64,000 nt of DNA from Hamiltosporidium tvaerminnensis FI-OER-3-3 (taxonomy: Eukaryota; Fungi; Microsporidia). Both the position numbers and the translations under genes were made by a program. Positions 36,241 through 47,874 of this stretch are shown in pieces. The DNA lies in assembly GCA_022605425.2 (NCBI GenBank), contig CM061251.1:372001-436000 (forward strand), read 5' to 3'. The notes under the pieces were generated by a model. That model worked only from the letters and a program-made list of their open reading frames with translations. It was not told where the DNA came from and did no database searches. How positions within the stretch are numbered: position 1 is the stretch's first letter; every line of letters starts with the position of its first letter.

Positions 36241-36989
36241 ATCATTCAATTTCATAATAAGAGTATGTAAAAGATTTACTTACTCGTTGGTTTTTTTCAT
36301 TGTTCAAAATAAAAATTTTTTGTTAAGTTTTTTAACATTTATTTACATTCTAGAATGATTTAATCTTCTTATATATTATAAATATCAATTTATATACACA
36401 CACTTTCAATAGAATCAAAAGTTGTTTACAGCAAATATTTTGAGCTTTACAGTTCATAAAAAAAACCTATTTTTTCGTAAGACTAGGCTTACAAATTAAA
36501 ATTAATATCATGAAACTATTTTTTAAATAAACAGTTGCGAAATATATTTATGTTAAAAATATCTAAGTCTGCACATATTAATTTCTTAAATAAAACATAA
36601 AAAGTAATAGTAAGCAGTAGTTTTTTTAAAAAAAATAAATTATTATCGATTTCAACCATGTTTTTGAAAATACAACTGTATAACAATCATTAGATTTCAA
36701 AGATATGATACTTTGAATCTTTATCAAAATCTTTTTATTTGAATTGAAGCACGGTAAACACCATTTTAAAGTAGCAGTATACCAACTGTTACAATTTAAG
36801 TGAACGACTAATTTTTTTATAAAAGATTTAAAATCATGTCGTTAATATGTTTCCAAACCAATTTTGTTCTATCTAATAGCTTTTAATTATGAAAGACTTA
36901 AGAACCGATATTAAAATATTTTTTTTTGTAGATTTTTTTTTATAAAAAAGTAAAAAATAAAAATTTAATTCTCTTCTATTTCTTATGAA

Positions 36990-37718
36990 TGTGAAGCAGA
37001 ATGTCCACATAAAAACATTTTGCTTGGCAATGAGTGTATAAAACTGGTATGAGGATCATTGTTTAGATATTTAGTGGCAAAAAACCCTCACAGCATCTTT
37101 GGTTGTTCCATGGGAGTAGTTATGAGGAGGAGAGGTCTAAGAAATGGCGAAACTTTTTCTACAAATAAATATTTGTAGTTTCTTAGGTAGCTTGATTGCA
37201 GAACGCGACTGAAAATATAGGTAATTGCCATGTAAAAGAGTGGAAACCCAATCTTGCATACTCGGGTTAGAAGATTTACGCCTGAAAGATATAGAAAACA
37301 AAACCATTTAAAGCCTGGAGAGCTAAGTAGCAGGTTATAATTGTTGGTATTACATTGCACTGTCTAGGTTGATCCCATGTAAGTCTCTGAAATATATCTT
37401 AGCTAGAAGTTTATAAGGTTTAGAAAGTGTAAAGTAAGTGGGAATACAGCATAATATTGAGTGGGTTTGGGGTAGATTTTATTCTACGATACACATCCAT
37501 ACAACGGAAACTAACGAAATCGAGGCAACCACCTTGCTTATTAAATTGTTAACACAGCTTTTAGATGAAAGGATTTGGGATGTAGGTATCTTAGGGGGTA
37601 CCGATGGGGTGTTGAGATAGCAGTTATTTATGTTAAACCTACCACAGCATTAATGCTATGAAAACAAATATAACACTTGTCACTGTTTTAAAAAGATGTG
37701 ATATCTTTAAATAAAGTT
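36990..37718 (+). mobile_element. ~725-bp structured dispersed repeat, copy 2 (more diverged)
   Basis: Collinear with copy 1 from tgtgaagcagaatgtccaca to aataaagtt. Confidence 0.9.
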
Positions 37719-38518
37719 TTAAACCAATATAAAACCGCTTTTATCATTAAAAATGGTGTTTTTGTAGCTTTTTTAAATACAATCTTGCTTTTTATTTCTT
37801 AGAATAATAAGAAAAATAAAAATAAGAAAATGAAAAGTGAGTTATAGTTTACGGAGATTTCAAATAAGAATAAGAAAGAATAAATAAAAAAAAATATAAA
37901 AGATATTCTTAAAAATAAAATGCCAAAAAATTGTTGCATTTATGATTTATAAAATAACAATCAAAATAACTCTAAAATTTGTATTGTGTGTTCCACAGTT
38001 ATAATTGTTTAGTGTAAATAAGAAGAACTGAAAAAAAATTTCTTTAATACTGCACCACACTTTAAAAAATACATTAAAATGTCATAAATATCAATCTATG
38101 CATAAACAAAAAAATTATTTAAGAAAAAAAGGCATGGAAAAAGCATGAAAAAGCAGAAGAGAATGTAGTAGAATATAAGTAATTCTCACTCTATAACTTT
38201 GAAGTAACCGTTGAATAAAAAAATAAAATAAAAACAAATAAAAAAAAAGCATTAAAATTAAGAAAGTTAATTACAAAAATAGAAATATAAAAGAATAGAA
38301 ATACAAAAATTAAAAAATAAATAAATACAATAAACCAAACCGAAGAAATACAAAAATAGAAATATAAAAAAATATAAAGAATAACCAAATATAAAGAATT
38401 AAAATTCCAAATTAATACAAAAATAGAAATATAAAAGAATCTAAAATTAAAAATTAAAAATTACTAAAAGAAAACAAAGAATAAAATAAAATTTTTTCCG
38501 AATTAAACCCTTTAATCT

Positions 38519-39949
38519 TTAACCAGCTGGTGCTTTAGACCTTCCAACTGGTGCCTTCTTCTTATCAACCACCTTACCCTTACCTTCAGTCTTAGCAGAA
38601 ATACCCGTTACTTCCTTGAACTCATCCGCAGAATATCGATGCTCAATAGCCCCAATTCCTACAACAGCACCACCATCACGAAGAGCAAACTTAGCCAAAG
38701 AAGGATACTCGGTCATTACTTCCATTACTGTAGACTTCTGTGGTTGTATGACACAAAGAAGTGTATCTCCTTTAGAAGCCAAATCAGGATCAGTAATAGT
38801 CTCTTTTACTCCCTGTGCTTTCTTACTAAGAAATTTAACCAACTTAACAGGGACATGATGAGTTCCTAAATCCATTACAGGACAGTAACCCGGTTTTATA
38901 CCCTTAGGATGATCTATAATCATAATCTTAGCTCTTGCACCCTCAAACATAACAATTGGAGAATTCTTAGCCTCACTTACCACATTACCTGCCTTTATCT
39001 GAGTAATATCTCCTTTAGTAATACTTTTAAGTGCCAACCCACAGTTATCACCTGCCATTACCTCTGTCTGTGCCTCCTTATGAATTTCTAAGGATTTGAT
39101 TTCTGCACAGATATCTGCTGGTTGTATTGTTACTTGCATACCTGGCTTAATAACACCTGCATCTACTCTACCTGTATAAACAGTACCAATACCACTTATC
39201 TTATGAATAGAAACAATAGGCATTCTAAGGGGTTTACCGATAGGTCTCTCGGGCACAGATTGGAAATCAATTGCTCCTTCCAAAGTCTTAATGTTTTGAC
39301 CTTCTTTCATTGTACCTTCGAACCAACTAAACTTTTCTCCTTTCTCCACAATATTGATACCTTTATATCCACTAATAGGTATAATAATTGGATCTTTGTC
39401 CGGATGTATCTTAGAAATAATACGTTTCATCTCATCTCTGACTTCTTCAAATCTTTGTTTCTGAGAACCTTCTGGTACTGCATCTGTCTTATTAATACCT
39501 ACTATAAGTTTTTTAACACCTACAATACCACTAATAGTAATATGACTCTTAAGTGTTCCACCAGAAATCGCCTTTTCAAATTCATTAGCAGCACATGGTA
39601 CAATAACAATACCTACATCTGCTTGTGCTGCTCCAGTAACCATGTTCTTAATAAAATCTTTATGCCCGGGACAATCAATAATATTCAATTCGAATTTAGA
39701 TGTCTTAATATGAATAAGTGTATTGTTAATAGTAATACCTCTATCACGTTCAGAGTCACTCGTGTCAGTGACAAAAGCGTAGGAAAAAGATTCTTTTCCT
39801 TTTGTTTCTGCTATGTTCTTCAGTTTTTCCATAACACGTTCCCCCACGAATCCTAGTTGGTATACCAAGTTACCTACTGTTGTACTTTTGCCGGAGTCTA
39901 CGTGTCCGATGACACACATATTTATAGCGCGTCTAAATGCTGTTGCCAT
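38519..39949 (-). CDS. TEF1: Translation elongation factor 1-alpha
   Basis: GHVDSGKSTT, ERDRGITI, DCPGHKDFIKNMVTGAAQAD, NKTD, PLRMP..HKISGIGTV, FALRD. Confidence 0.98.
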   Translation of the reverse strand: MATAFRRAINMCVIGHVDSGKSTTVGNLVYQLGFVGERVMEKLKNIAETKGKESFSYAFVTDTSDSERDRGITINNTLIHIKTSKFELNIIDCPGHKDFIKNMVTGAAQADVGIVIVPCAANEFEKAISGGTLKSHITISGIVGVKKLIVGINKTDAVPEGSQKQRFEEVRDEMKRIISKIHPDKDPIIIPISGYKGINIVEKGEKFSWFEGTMKEGQNIKTLEGAIDFQSVPERPIGKPLRMPIVSIHKISGIGTVYTGRVDAGVIKPGMQVTIQPADICAEIKSLEIHKEAQTEVMAGDNCGLALKSITKGDITQIKAGNVVSEAKNSPIVMFEGARAKIMIIDHPKGIKPGYCPVMDLGTHHVPVKLVKFLSKKAQGVKETITDPDLASKGDTLLCVIQPQKSTVMEVMTEYPSLAKFALRDGGAVVGIGAIEHRYSADEFKEVTGISAKTEGKGKVVDKKKAPVGRSKAPAG

Positions 39950-40424
39950 TTTCTGGGGGTAAAAAATTTAAGAATTTATATTTGTAAAGAAATGGTAGTA
40001 TGGGGTGTTATTTATAATAATATTGATGGTGTTAAATTTATATTAAAATATTTATTAGTTGGTTTATAAGAAAAGCGGTTTTATTTACACAAAAAAATTG
40101 ATAAAATATTTCAATAGAAATTGTATTTTTACTTGAAATTGTACTTTAGTAGAAATTGTATTTTTAGTTGAAATTGTATTTTTATGAGAAAAGTACATAT
40201 TTCTAAGAAAGTAGTTCATTTAGTAGAATTATGTTTTAAAATCAAGACGTTTTAGTAAACAGTTTTATAAAAGAAGAATATATTTATAAGACATAACAGT
40301 AATATTTTCTTAGTATTTAACGAATGTATTTTTAAAAAGAAGAAAAAGGTGTAGTTGTGTGAATGAGAGAAGGTTTGTGTATGTGAAAGACAGAGTGCAA
40401 GATAGTTGGTGTCTGCGAGGAGTA

Positions 40425-40622
40425 AGATAGAGTGTGGGAGATAGAAAGAGAGTGTGGGAGATAGAAAGAGAGTGTGGGAGATAGAAAGAGAGCAGAGAAT
40501 ATGAGAGATGGTATGAAAGATAGAAAGAGAGTATGAAAGAGAGAAGAGTGTGGGAGATAGAAAGGAGCAGAGAATATGAGAGATGGTATGAAAGATAGAA
40601 AGAGAGTATGAAAGAGAGAAGA
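40425..40622. repeat. Purine-rich tandem repeats (20-bp gagtgtgggagatagaaaga x3 plus a ~70-bp duplication)
   Basis: Directly visible upstream of EF-1alpha. Confidence 0.85.
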
Positions 40623-41289
40623 GATAAAGAGAGAAGAAACAATATGTGATATATCATATAACTAATCATAAAATTCAAAGAAGAAAGAGAATGAATAAAG
40701 AGAAGTAAAACGAAAAGAAAGCGAAAAGTTACGTTTATAAAAGAAAAGAAACGTGTTTTAATATTAAAAATATTTTTATAATAAAATAACAGTTAAAGAA
40801 ATATTTAAAAATCGATATAAAGAAAATATAATTTATTTTTAAAAGGAAAGAATTATTGTCTGATTTAATATTAATAAAGTGATTGTTAAATTAAATTTTA
40901 TTTAATAGAAAATAAAGGAAATAAAATATAAAATATAAAATATAAAATATAAAATATAAAATATAAATAGAATATGAAGCAATTAAAAGAAAATTATAGA
41001 ATGGCAATAAAATATAAAAAATAATAAAGGAAATAAGAAATAATATGAATTAAAAGAAAATTATAGAATGGCAATAAAATATAAAAAAAAAATAATAAAG
41101 GAAATAAGAAATAATATGAATTAAAAAATGAAAAGGAATATGTAAATAATAGGAATATAATAGAATATGCAGTAATAAAAAAATAAAAGAGATTCAAGAA
41201 AATAAAATATAAATTGTAGGAATATAATAGATAATATATAGATAGAATATAAGTACTCTGAGATAACAGTATGCACTTATTATAAAGTA

Positions 41290-43200
41290 TTTATTATAAA
41301 TATTTTACAAGAAGATTGATAGAAGGATTTTACAGAGAGACTGTCCGTTACCATTGATTGTTGTTTGTGTTGGATATGGATCTATTAAGACGAAATATCA
41401 ATGTGTAATACACAAAAGGGACATACATAATGATCCATTTTCTTACTCAACCAATAATTAGTTTTTTATTGATGATCTCCAGCTTCTTGCTAAAGATGGA
41501 ACTACTCTTGAAAGATGGCTGAGGAGGTGAAGAGATTTATGAACAACTAGGTTGGAAATAAACAAAGAGAAGTCGGCCACGAATGATCCATGTTGTGATG
41601 ATACTGCTAGTCTTTTTAAAAGAAAAGGCATTTACAAAAAATTTGGAATAATAGAAGATTGCAGATGAATTAACACTTGTGTCCTTTGAAGAAGTACAGA
41701 TTAAACTGATAGCCCAGGTGGAGAGACTTTTACGCACGAGCTTGAATTCAAGAAATTTATTTTAAGCCATTGAACAACATGCAATATCCTTCCTAAATTA
41801 TCACTAAGTGTACTTCACGTGAAGCTGCCAGCTTTTCTAAGTTATATGATGGAGTGCGTTGCGGGCTTAGCAAAGAATACGATCACCTCAGGCCATAGTG
41901 TAAAGAACGTCTATATCATTCCCGTAGATAACTTAGAAGCGGTTTACATAGTGTTAAGTTCAATCGCAAACATATGCTTTTACCATTCTTGGATTGTCTA
42001 GAAAAATCTAAAGATACATCGACCAGAAGAGCAGCAATTCTAAAGCTTGGGAATAATAATAAAACCCACCTTTCATTAATTAAAAACGCTTAAAAGTAAA
42101 ATACGGATTGGAAGAGGAAGTCTAAAAGTAGAAATTAGAAGAAGCTCAATTAGTCAAGTTATATAACGAAATCGAAAACCGAAATGAATTCAAAGTTGTA
42201 TAATGCTAGAAGTAACGAGCTGCTATATGTGAATAACTCCTTGAAATGTTAAAGAAAGAAAGTGTAAGGCCATGTGATGAAGCATTGCTCTGCTATGTCC
42301 AGGATAGAAATATATTCCGAGGAGCAGAAGATGTTGATCAACACAGCAACACGTCTAACAAAACCTTATATCATGTAGCAACGAGAAGTGAAAAAAATCT
42401 CAGTCACGACTATACTATACGACATAATGAAGTGTTATGATGCATATATTTAATCTTAATAAATAGATATCATATTGAGTTTTCAAAACGAATTAGAAGT
42501 CACTCATTTAGGAAATTCTTCATAAAATGTAGACAGAGATTAGAGTAAACACCAGAATAAAAACCATTTTCAAGATTTGAAGCAATACACTTACATTTTA
42601 TTTTAGATAAGAGAAAAAAGAAGATGACACTCATTTAAGTAGGAATTGCTTCCTGGAATTCACTTCAAATAGGGGAAACGGAAAGACTTAGGAGGTATGA
42701 CCTATTGGCCAATGAATTAGGTCTTAGTTATAAATGTAGTGGGGAGATAATTCCTTACATGATGACTTTGGGCGGTCTTGTGACCAAATATCATAAGACG
42801 TATGCCAAAAGACTACAAATACCCAGAAATGTAGAGGCATATATACAATCTATAGTTCTCAAGGAGACAATCTAAACACTTTCCTTTGATCGACGAAGAG
42901 AACTAAGCCAGGTCTGAATGCCGAAAAGAGCTGGAAAAGAGCGTCATTTAGTGTTATTGAAGGAGCTGAGATGCAGGAACAACCAGCAAACCCTTTAAAG
43001 CAATGAATAATGATGAAAATGGTGTTAAACATGATAATAGGAAAAACATCTTACCTCCTATTATTTTAGATGGCGTAATCACAATGCAGCAAACGAAAAT
43101 AACATAAAGGAAGACTCGGATTTAGAAGAAGAAAATGAAGCGGTGAAAATGGTTGAAGATAATATACAAAAGAGATAAAATTTATTACAAAAACCATAAA
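41290..43200 (+). mobile_element. 5'-truncated, decayed RT-RLE non-LTR retrotransposon
   Basis: FIDDLQL (~41466), LEINKEKSATNDPCC, HDYTIRHNEV, LRRYDLLANELG. Collinear with ~59540-61460. Confidence 0.9.
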
Positions 43201-43224
43201 TATCATCTATATAATTCAGTAATT

Positions 43225-44075
43225 TAATGTCCTGACGACGACTCACCTCGAAATGTTTAAGTGATTAAAAGACTAAAATACACTAATAAGAGTGTTCCAA
43301 TTATGATATGTCTCTTTGTATTGATGCAAAATCTTACAATTCCAATGATAGTGAGTAGAACTGGACATAAATCAATTAAAAAATTTCTATTTGTTCAAAA
43401 AAAAATAATATATTTCTTTTTTAATTTTTCTAACGCTTTCATTTTTAAAAAAATTACATAATCTTGTTAAGATCTCTTCTTTACTAAGAATTTACAGTGG
43501 TATAAAAAATTGTATGCTAAGATTTATGTTTTTTTTCCAAGCTTCTGTTTAATATATTTATATTCTCAATAATAATTCCACAAAACAATTTTGCTGGAAT
43601 AGCTTCATGGAACTTTATACTTGATCTAAATAAAAGATTTTTAATCCAAACAACTGAGAATTTATACAATGAATAACCAATACAACATATTTTTAAAAAG
43701 CACGGTTTTTCAAACAAATAAAACACTTCACAAAAATAATTTTTTTCGAAGAAAAGCACATAATTGAATGAAAATGGGTTAAAAGTAAAAAAACTAAATA
43801 TAAAACGCCAAGCTGAAGTTTTGAAAAATAGAAAGTAAATATAAAAGAAGAAGAGAAATAGGCAGGTTGATAAAGCTTAAGTTTTTGTTTGGTAAATTGC
43901 GCAAAGTAGGTTAATATTTGCAAATGAAAGACTAAAAAAGGTTAAAGAAAGAGACCAGGTGAGGCTAAGAAATCTATCTTGGAAAATTAAGAAAATATAG
44001 CGGTGATAATAAAGTTTAAGATTTTTTCCGGGATTTTTTTCTTATGAATGTAAAAGAAAGTTCGTTTCTACGGGC
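43225..44075 (+). repeat. ~850-bp dispersed repeat starting with a hammerhead-like core
   Basis: Inverted homologue of 27010-27920; starts cCTGACGAcgactcacctcGAAAtgttta. Confidence 0.75.
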
Positions 44076-44830
44076 TTAGCATATAGTTTTATATATAACC
44101 ATACATTAGTTTTTTATATAGGTAACCAATCATATGACAGTATTATGAATATAAATAAATAGTTAAGAAGAATACTTTGTTACTACAGATATCGAAATAG
44201 AAACTACTAGATACTTTTTATTTGATAATACTTCATATATACCTCTCATATACCGTTAAGTAATTAAAAAATTTTAAATTAACTTAATACTCACATTACA
44301 TTAGTAATAAATACTTTATTTAAAATATTTTAATCAAATAACTTAATAATAAAAGCATATGTTGATTCTAGAGATATAAGTTGTTCAAACAAGTAAAGCT
44401 ATTCAAACATAACTGATATTTTATAGTTGTTTATAGTTAGTTATATGAAACAAAACTACTGTATTAATATAAGCGGAATATAATATTCAACCTATTTAAG
44501 TTATATGACTTATATTTAATTTATCTCGTAAATATTTATGTAATCACTAACATTTTATTCTTAGAAATAGATTATTTAAGAAGCAATAAAGAAATGCAAA
44601 TAGTAGATTAGTAATAGTAATAAAAATATAAAAATATATTGTATTTCTCTATGAGTTACTTAAATATTTTTATTTTCAAAGAAAATAATTATATTAAAGA
44701 ATAAGATATAATATCAACTATATCATATTATATTGTATCATGTCATATATCATATCCTCCTACATCATACATTACCATACACTTTCAATATTATTATAGT
44801 ATTATTTGTACTTATTAAAACAATCCCCTT

Positions 44831-46255
44831 ATGAAAATAGAAGATATAAACGAATCAAACATAAATTCACTTCTCCTTCATATTTCTACAGACAAGAATC
44901 TTTATAATAGTTGTACTGATACTCTTATTCTTTATCTTTTATATAACTATAATACACAGCATGATATTATTCTTAGTAAGATTAAGATTTTATTACTTGG
45001 AAAAAGAAATAAGAAAAATAAAAATTTACATGAAGACAGAGAGTGTGATAGAGGGAGTGATAGGGATGAAGCTAGTGATGAAGGTAGGGATGATAAAAAA
45101 GATAGAAAAAGAAGAAGAAGCAAAATTAGACATACCAAAGCAAAACACACCAATCACACTAGTGATAAAGACTTTAATATATCTTTCAATTCAAATAAAA
45201 TCATAAATAAAATATTTAAAAAAATATTAAAAATAAAAAATAAAGAAATAGAAGATACTGCTATCGAGACATCTTTAAGTGTTTTAGAAGAAAAGAGTTT
45301 AGTTTTACGAGAAACTGTTTATTATTATTTTGAAAGTATTTATTTAAGTTGTGATGAGGTTAGTGAATATGGAATAGAGGTATTAAAAAGAATATTAAGT
45401 GTATATAAAATAGAATTTGATAATAAAGATGTTGATAGTGATAATGATAGTAGATGTATTGATAATAGAAGTGCTGATATTACTGATACAACCTATACTA
45501 ATACAAATATATCTAAAATAAAAGATACAAATGTAAACCCACCTTTTAAAATTAGTAAGACATCACAGAATCCTAGTGAGGATGGTTTAATTGATATAAC
45601 AAATATGGATTTTGATCTTTGTAAAGAAAATAATGTCTTCAAATTAAATTTAAAAAAGAAAGGAGATAGAGATGTTTATATAGAAAAGTTATATAAATTA
45701 TTAACTGTTATATTAATTGGTAGAGAATATAAAGGAAGTATTATGTTTTTAATGTTAATTTTGTTGGTAAATAAAGTGGAAGAAAAAAAAAGTTTAAGAA
45801 AATTAATCAAGGTGTTCTTTATGGGTGTGAGCGATATGTTGGAGGTTTTGAGAGAGTGTTATAAGGGCGTGGGCAAATATGGGATATTTATATTGAATAG
45901 AGTTATTTATGAGTGTAGGACGCGAAATATAAAAATTAAATATAAAAAAATGTTAAAAATGGTTGGTTTTTTAGAGATTAGGAATAAAGGGGTTATTTCG
46001 GGTGTGGATTGGAAAGATTTAAGACTTAGTGATATGAGAAGGGTCTTTGGGAAATTTAAAAAACCGGGTGTTTTTATTGATTTGTGTAAAAAACTTATTA
46101 AACGTGAAAATGATGTTAAAAAAATCCAGAAATTTAAAGAAACTGTAATTTCTGTTTCTGAAAAGAAATTAAGCAATTATGATTATAAAAGAGTAAATAT
46201 ACTTAAAGATTTTATTGATAGAAAATTAGAGGTTTGTAATGGAAAGTTATTATAG
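44831..46255 (+). CDS. Hypothetical protein, 474 aa, with two low-complexity inserts
   Basis: Long ORF in very AT-rich DNA with a CCC motif before the ATG; no family recognised. Confidence 0.8.
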   Translation: MKIEDINESNINSLLLHISTDKNLYNSCTDTLILYLLYNYNTQHDIILSKIKILLLGKRNKKNKNLHEDRECDRGSDRDEASDEGRDDKKDRKRRRSKIRHTKAKHTNHTSDKDFNISFNSNKIINKIFKKILKIKNKEIEDTAIETSLSVLEEKSLVLRETVYYYFESIYLSCDEVSEYGIEVLKRILSVYKIEFDNKDVDSDNDSRCIDNRSADITDTTYTNTNISKIKDTNVNPPFKISKTSQNPSEDGLIDITNMDFDLCKENNVFKLNLKKKGDRDVYIEKLYKLLTVILIGREYKGSIMFLMLILLVNKVEEKKSLRKLIKVFFMGVSDMLEVLRECYKGVGKYGIFILNRVIYECRTRNIKIKYKKMLKMVGFLEIRNKGVISGVDWKDLRLSDMRRVFGKFKKPGVFIDLCKKLIKRENDVKKIQKFKETVISVSEKKLSNYDYKRVNILKDFIDRKLEVCNGKLL

Positions 46256-46395
46256 AAGAATATGCTATATGTTTTATTACCGAATTTATTTAATGAAAAT
46301 TAGAGGTTTGTAGTAGAAAGCTATTATAAAAGAATGAGCTATATGTTTTATTACCGAAATTATTGAATGAAAATTAGAGGTTTGTAACGGAAAGT
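46222..46395 (+). repeat. ~72-bp tandem duplication (2.3 copies) of the gene's stop region
   Basis: aaattagaggtttgta recurs at ~46223, ~46297 and ~46370. Confidence 0.85.
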
Positions 46396-47148
46396 GATTT
46401 TTTAATAAATTATATATTTTTGATTTTACGTTTAGCGAGAAGAAAATGTGTAAATATTAGTTTTTAAGTTTACTTATCATTCACTAAGAATCAGTTAATT
46501 CATTTTAAAATACACAGGTAAATATTTAATTTCAATTCCTTTCCTTTACATTTACATTTATATAACATATTTAATTTAGATTACAAAAGATAAACTTTTA
46601 TTTTTGTACAATTTTTTTTGTGTTAAATAAATGTAAATGTAAACGAAATTTTAATTATAGAAATAATATTTTTTAATCCAAAACCTTGGTTTAATTGCCT
46701 CATATTCCATTATATCGAATACAGTATTTCTTCTGTTATTTTGTAATGTTGATAGACTAGTTTAAAACTTTAAAAAGAATTTATAAATAATTATACTTTA
46801 CATTAAAGAGGTTTTTAAACTTTACATCAATATAAAATTAGTCCTATTAAATATTTTACAACAAAAATTTTAGCTTTTTAAATGTAAGTTATATCAACCA
46901 TTAATATTTTTAAGTATTTTATAATCAAAGAAAACAAATTATATTTAACTAAACTTAGTTTGTAATGTTTTATTTTATATATGTGTACGATTAATTGCTA
47001 TATTTTATATTCTTATGTTTTTTAAGTATGGCAGTCATTTGGAAAACAGAAAAAAATATGTTTTCTTTATTTATTATTACTATATGATTTTCGTTTTTTT
47101 TCTTTGTTTAAAATTATCTAAATTTATATTTTTTTTTGATTTAAATAT

Positions 47149-47874
47149 TGGGGAGGGAGGATAACCACATAAAAAACTTTCTGCTTGGCAATAAGGACGG
47201 AAACTGGTGTGAGATCATTGTTTGGATTTTTGGTGGGAATAAAACCACACTACATCTTTGGTTGTTCTATGGGAGTTATTATCAGGAGGAGAGGTGTAAG
47301 AAATGGAGAAACTTTTTCTACAAATTTATTTGTAGTTTTTTATGTAACCAGACTGCAGACCGCAGCTAAGCACGTAGCTAATGGCCATGTAAAAGCAAGG
47401 AAACCTAGCCTTCACTCGGGTTAGAAGACCCAGCGCCTGGGAGATATAAAAATAAAAACCATGTAAAGCCAGGAACGCTAAGTAGCAGGTTATACCTGTT
47501 GGTATGACACTGCACTGTCTCGGTGGACCCTATGTAAGTCACTGAAATATATCTTAGCTAGAAGTTTATTGGGTTCAGAAAGTGTGGAGTAAGTGGGAAT
47601 GCTGCATAGTCTCGGGGGAGTCCAGGGGGGCTTCGGCCTTCGATCACACTCCATGCAACGGACATTAACGAACTCTGGGCAACTGCCTCGCCTAGTAATT
47701 AGGTTCTACACACCTGGTAGATGAAAGGCTTTGAGATGTAGATATCGCAGGGGTTACCGATGGAGTGTTGGGGAGCAGTTATTTATGTTAAACCTAGAAC
47801 TGCGTTAATGTGATGAAAACAAATATAACACATGCCACTGTTTTAAAAAAGATGTGATACTTTTAAATAAAGTT
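47149..47874 (+). mobile_element. ~725-bp structured dispersed repeat, copy 3
   Basis: Very similar to copy 1 along its whole length; ends aataaagtt. Confidence 0.9.

Noticed and set aside
37088-37620. Short ORFs in the 725-bp element (also 47148, 47185, 53873, 53978) as genes
   Set aside because: Starts, stops and frames differ among copies, and none spans more than a part of the element.
38616-40069. Plus-strand ORFs overlapping EF-1alpha
   Set aside because: Antisense shadows of a conserved gene with no independent motifs.
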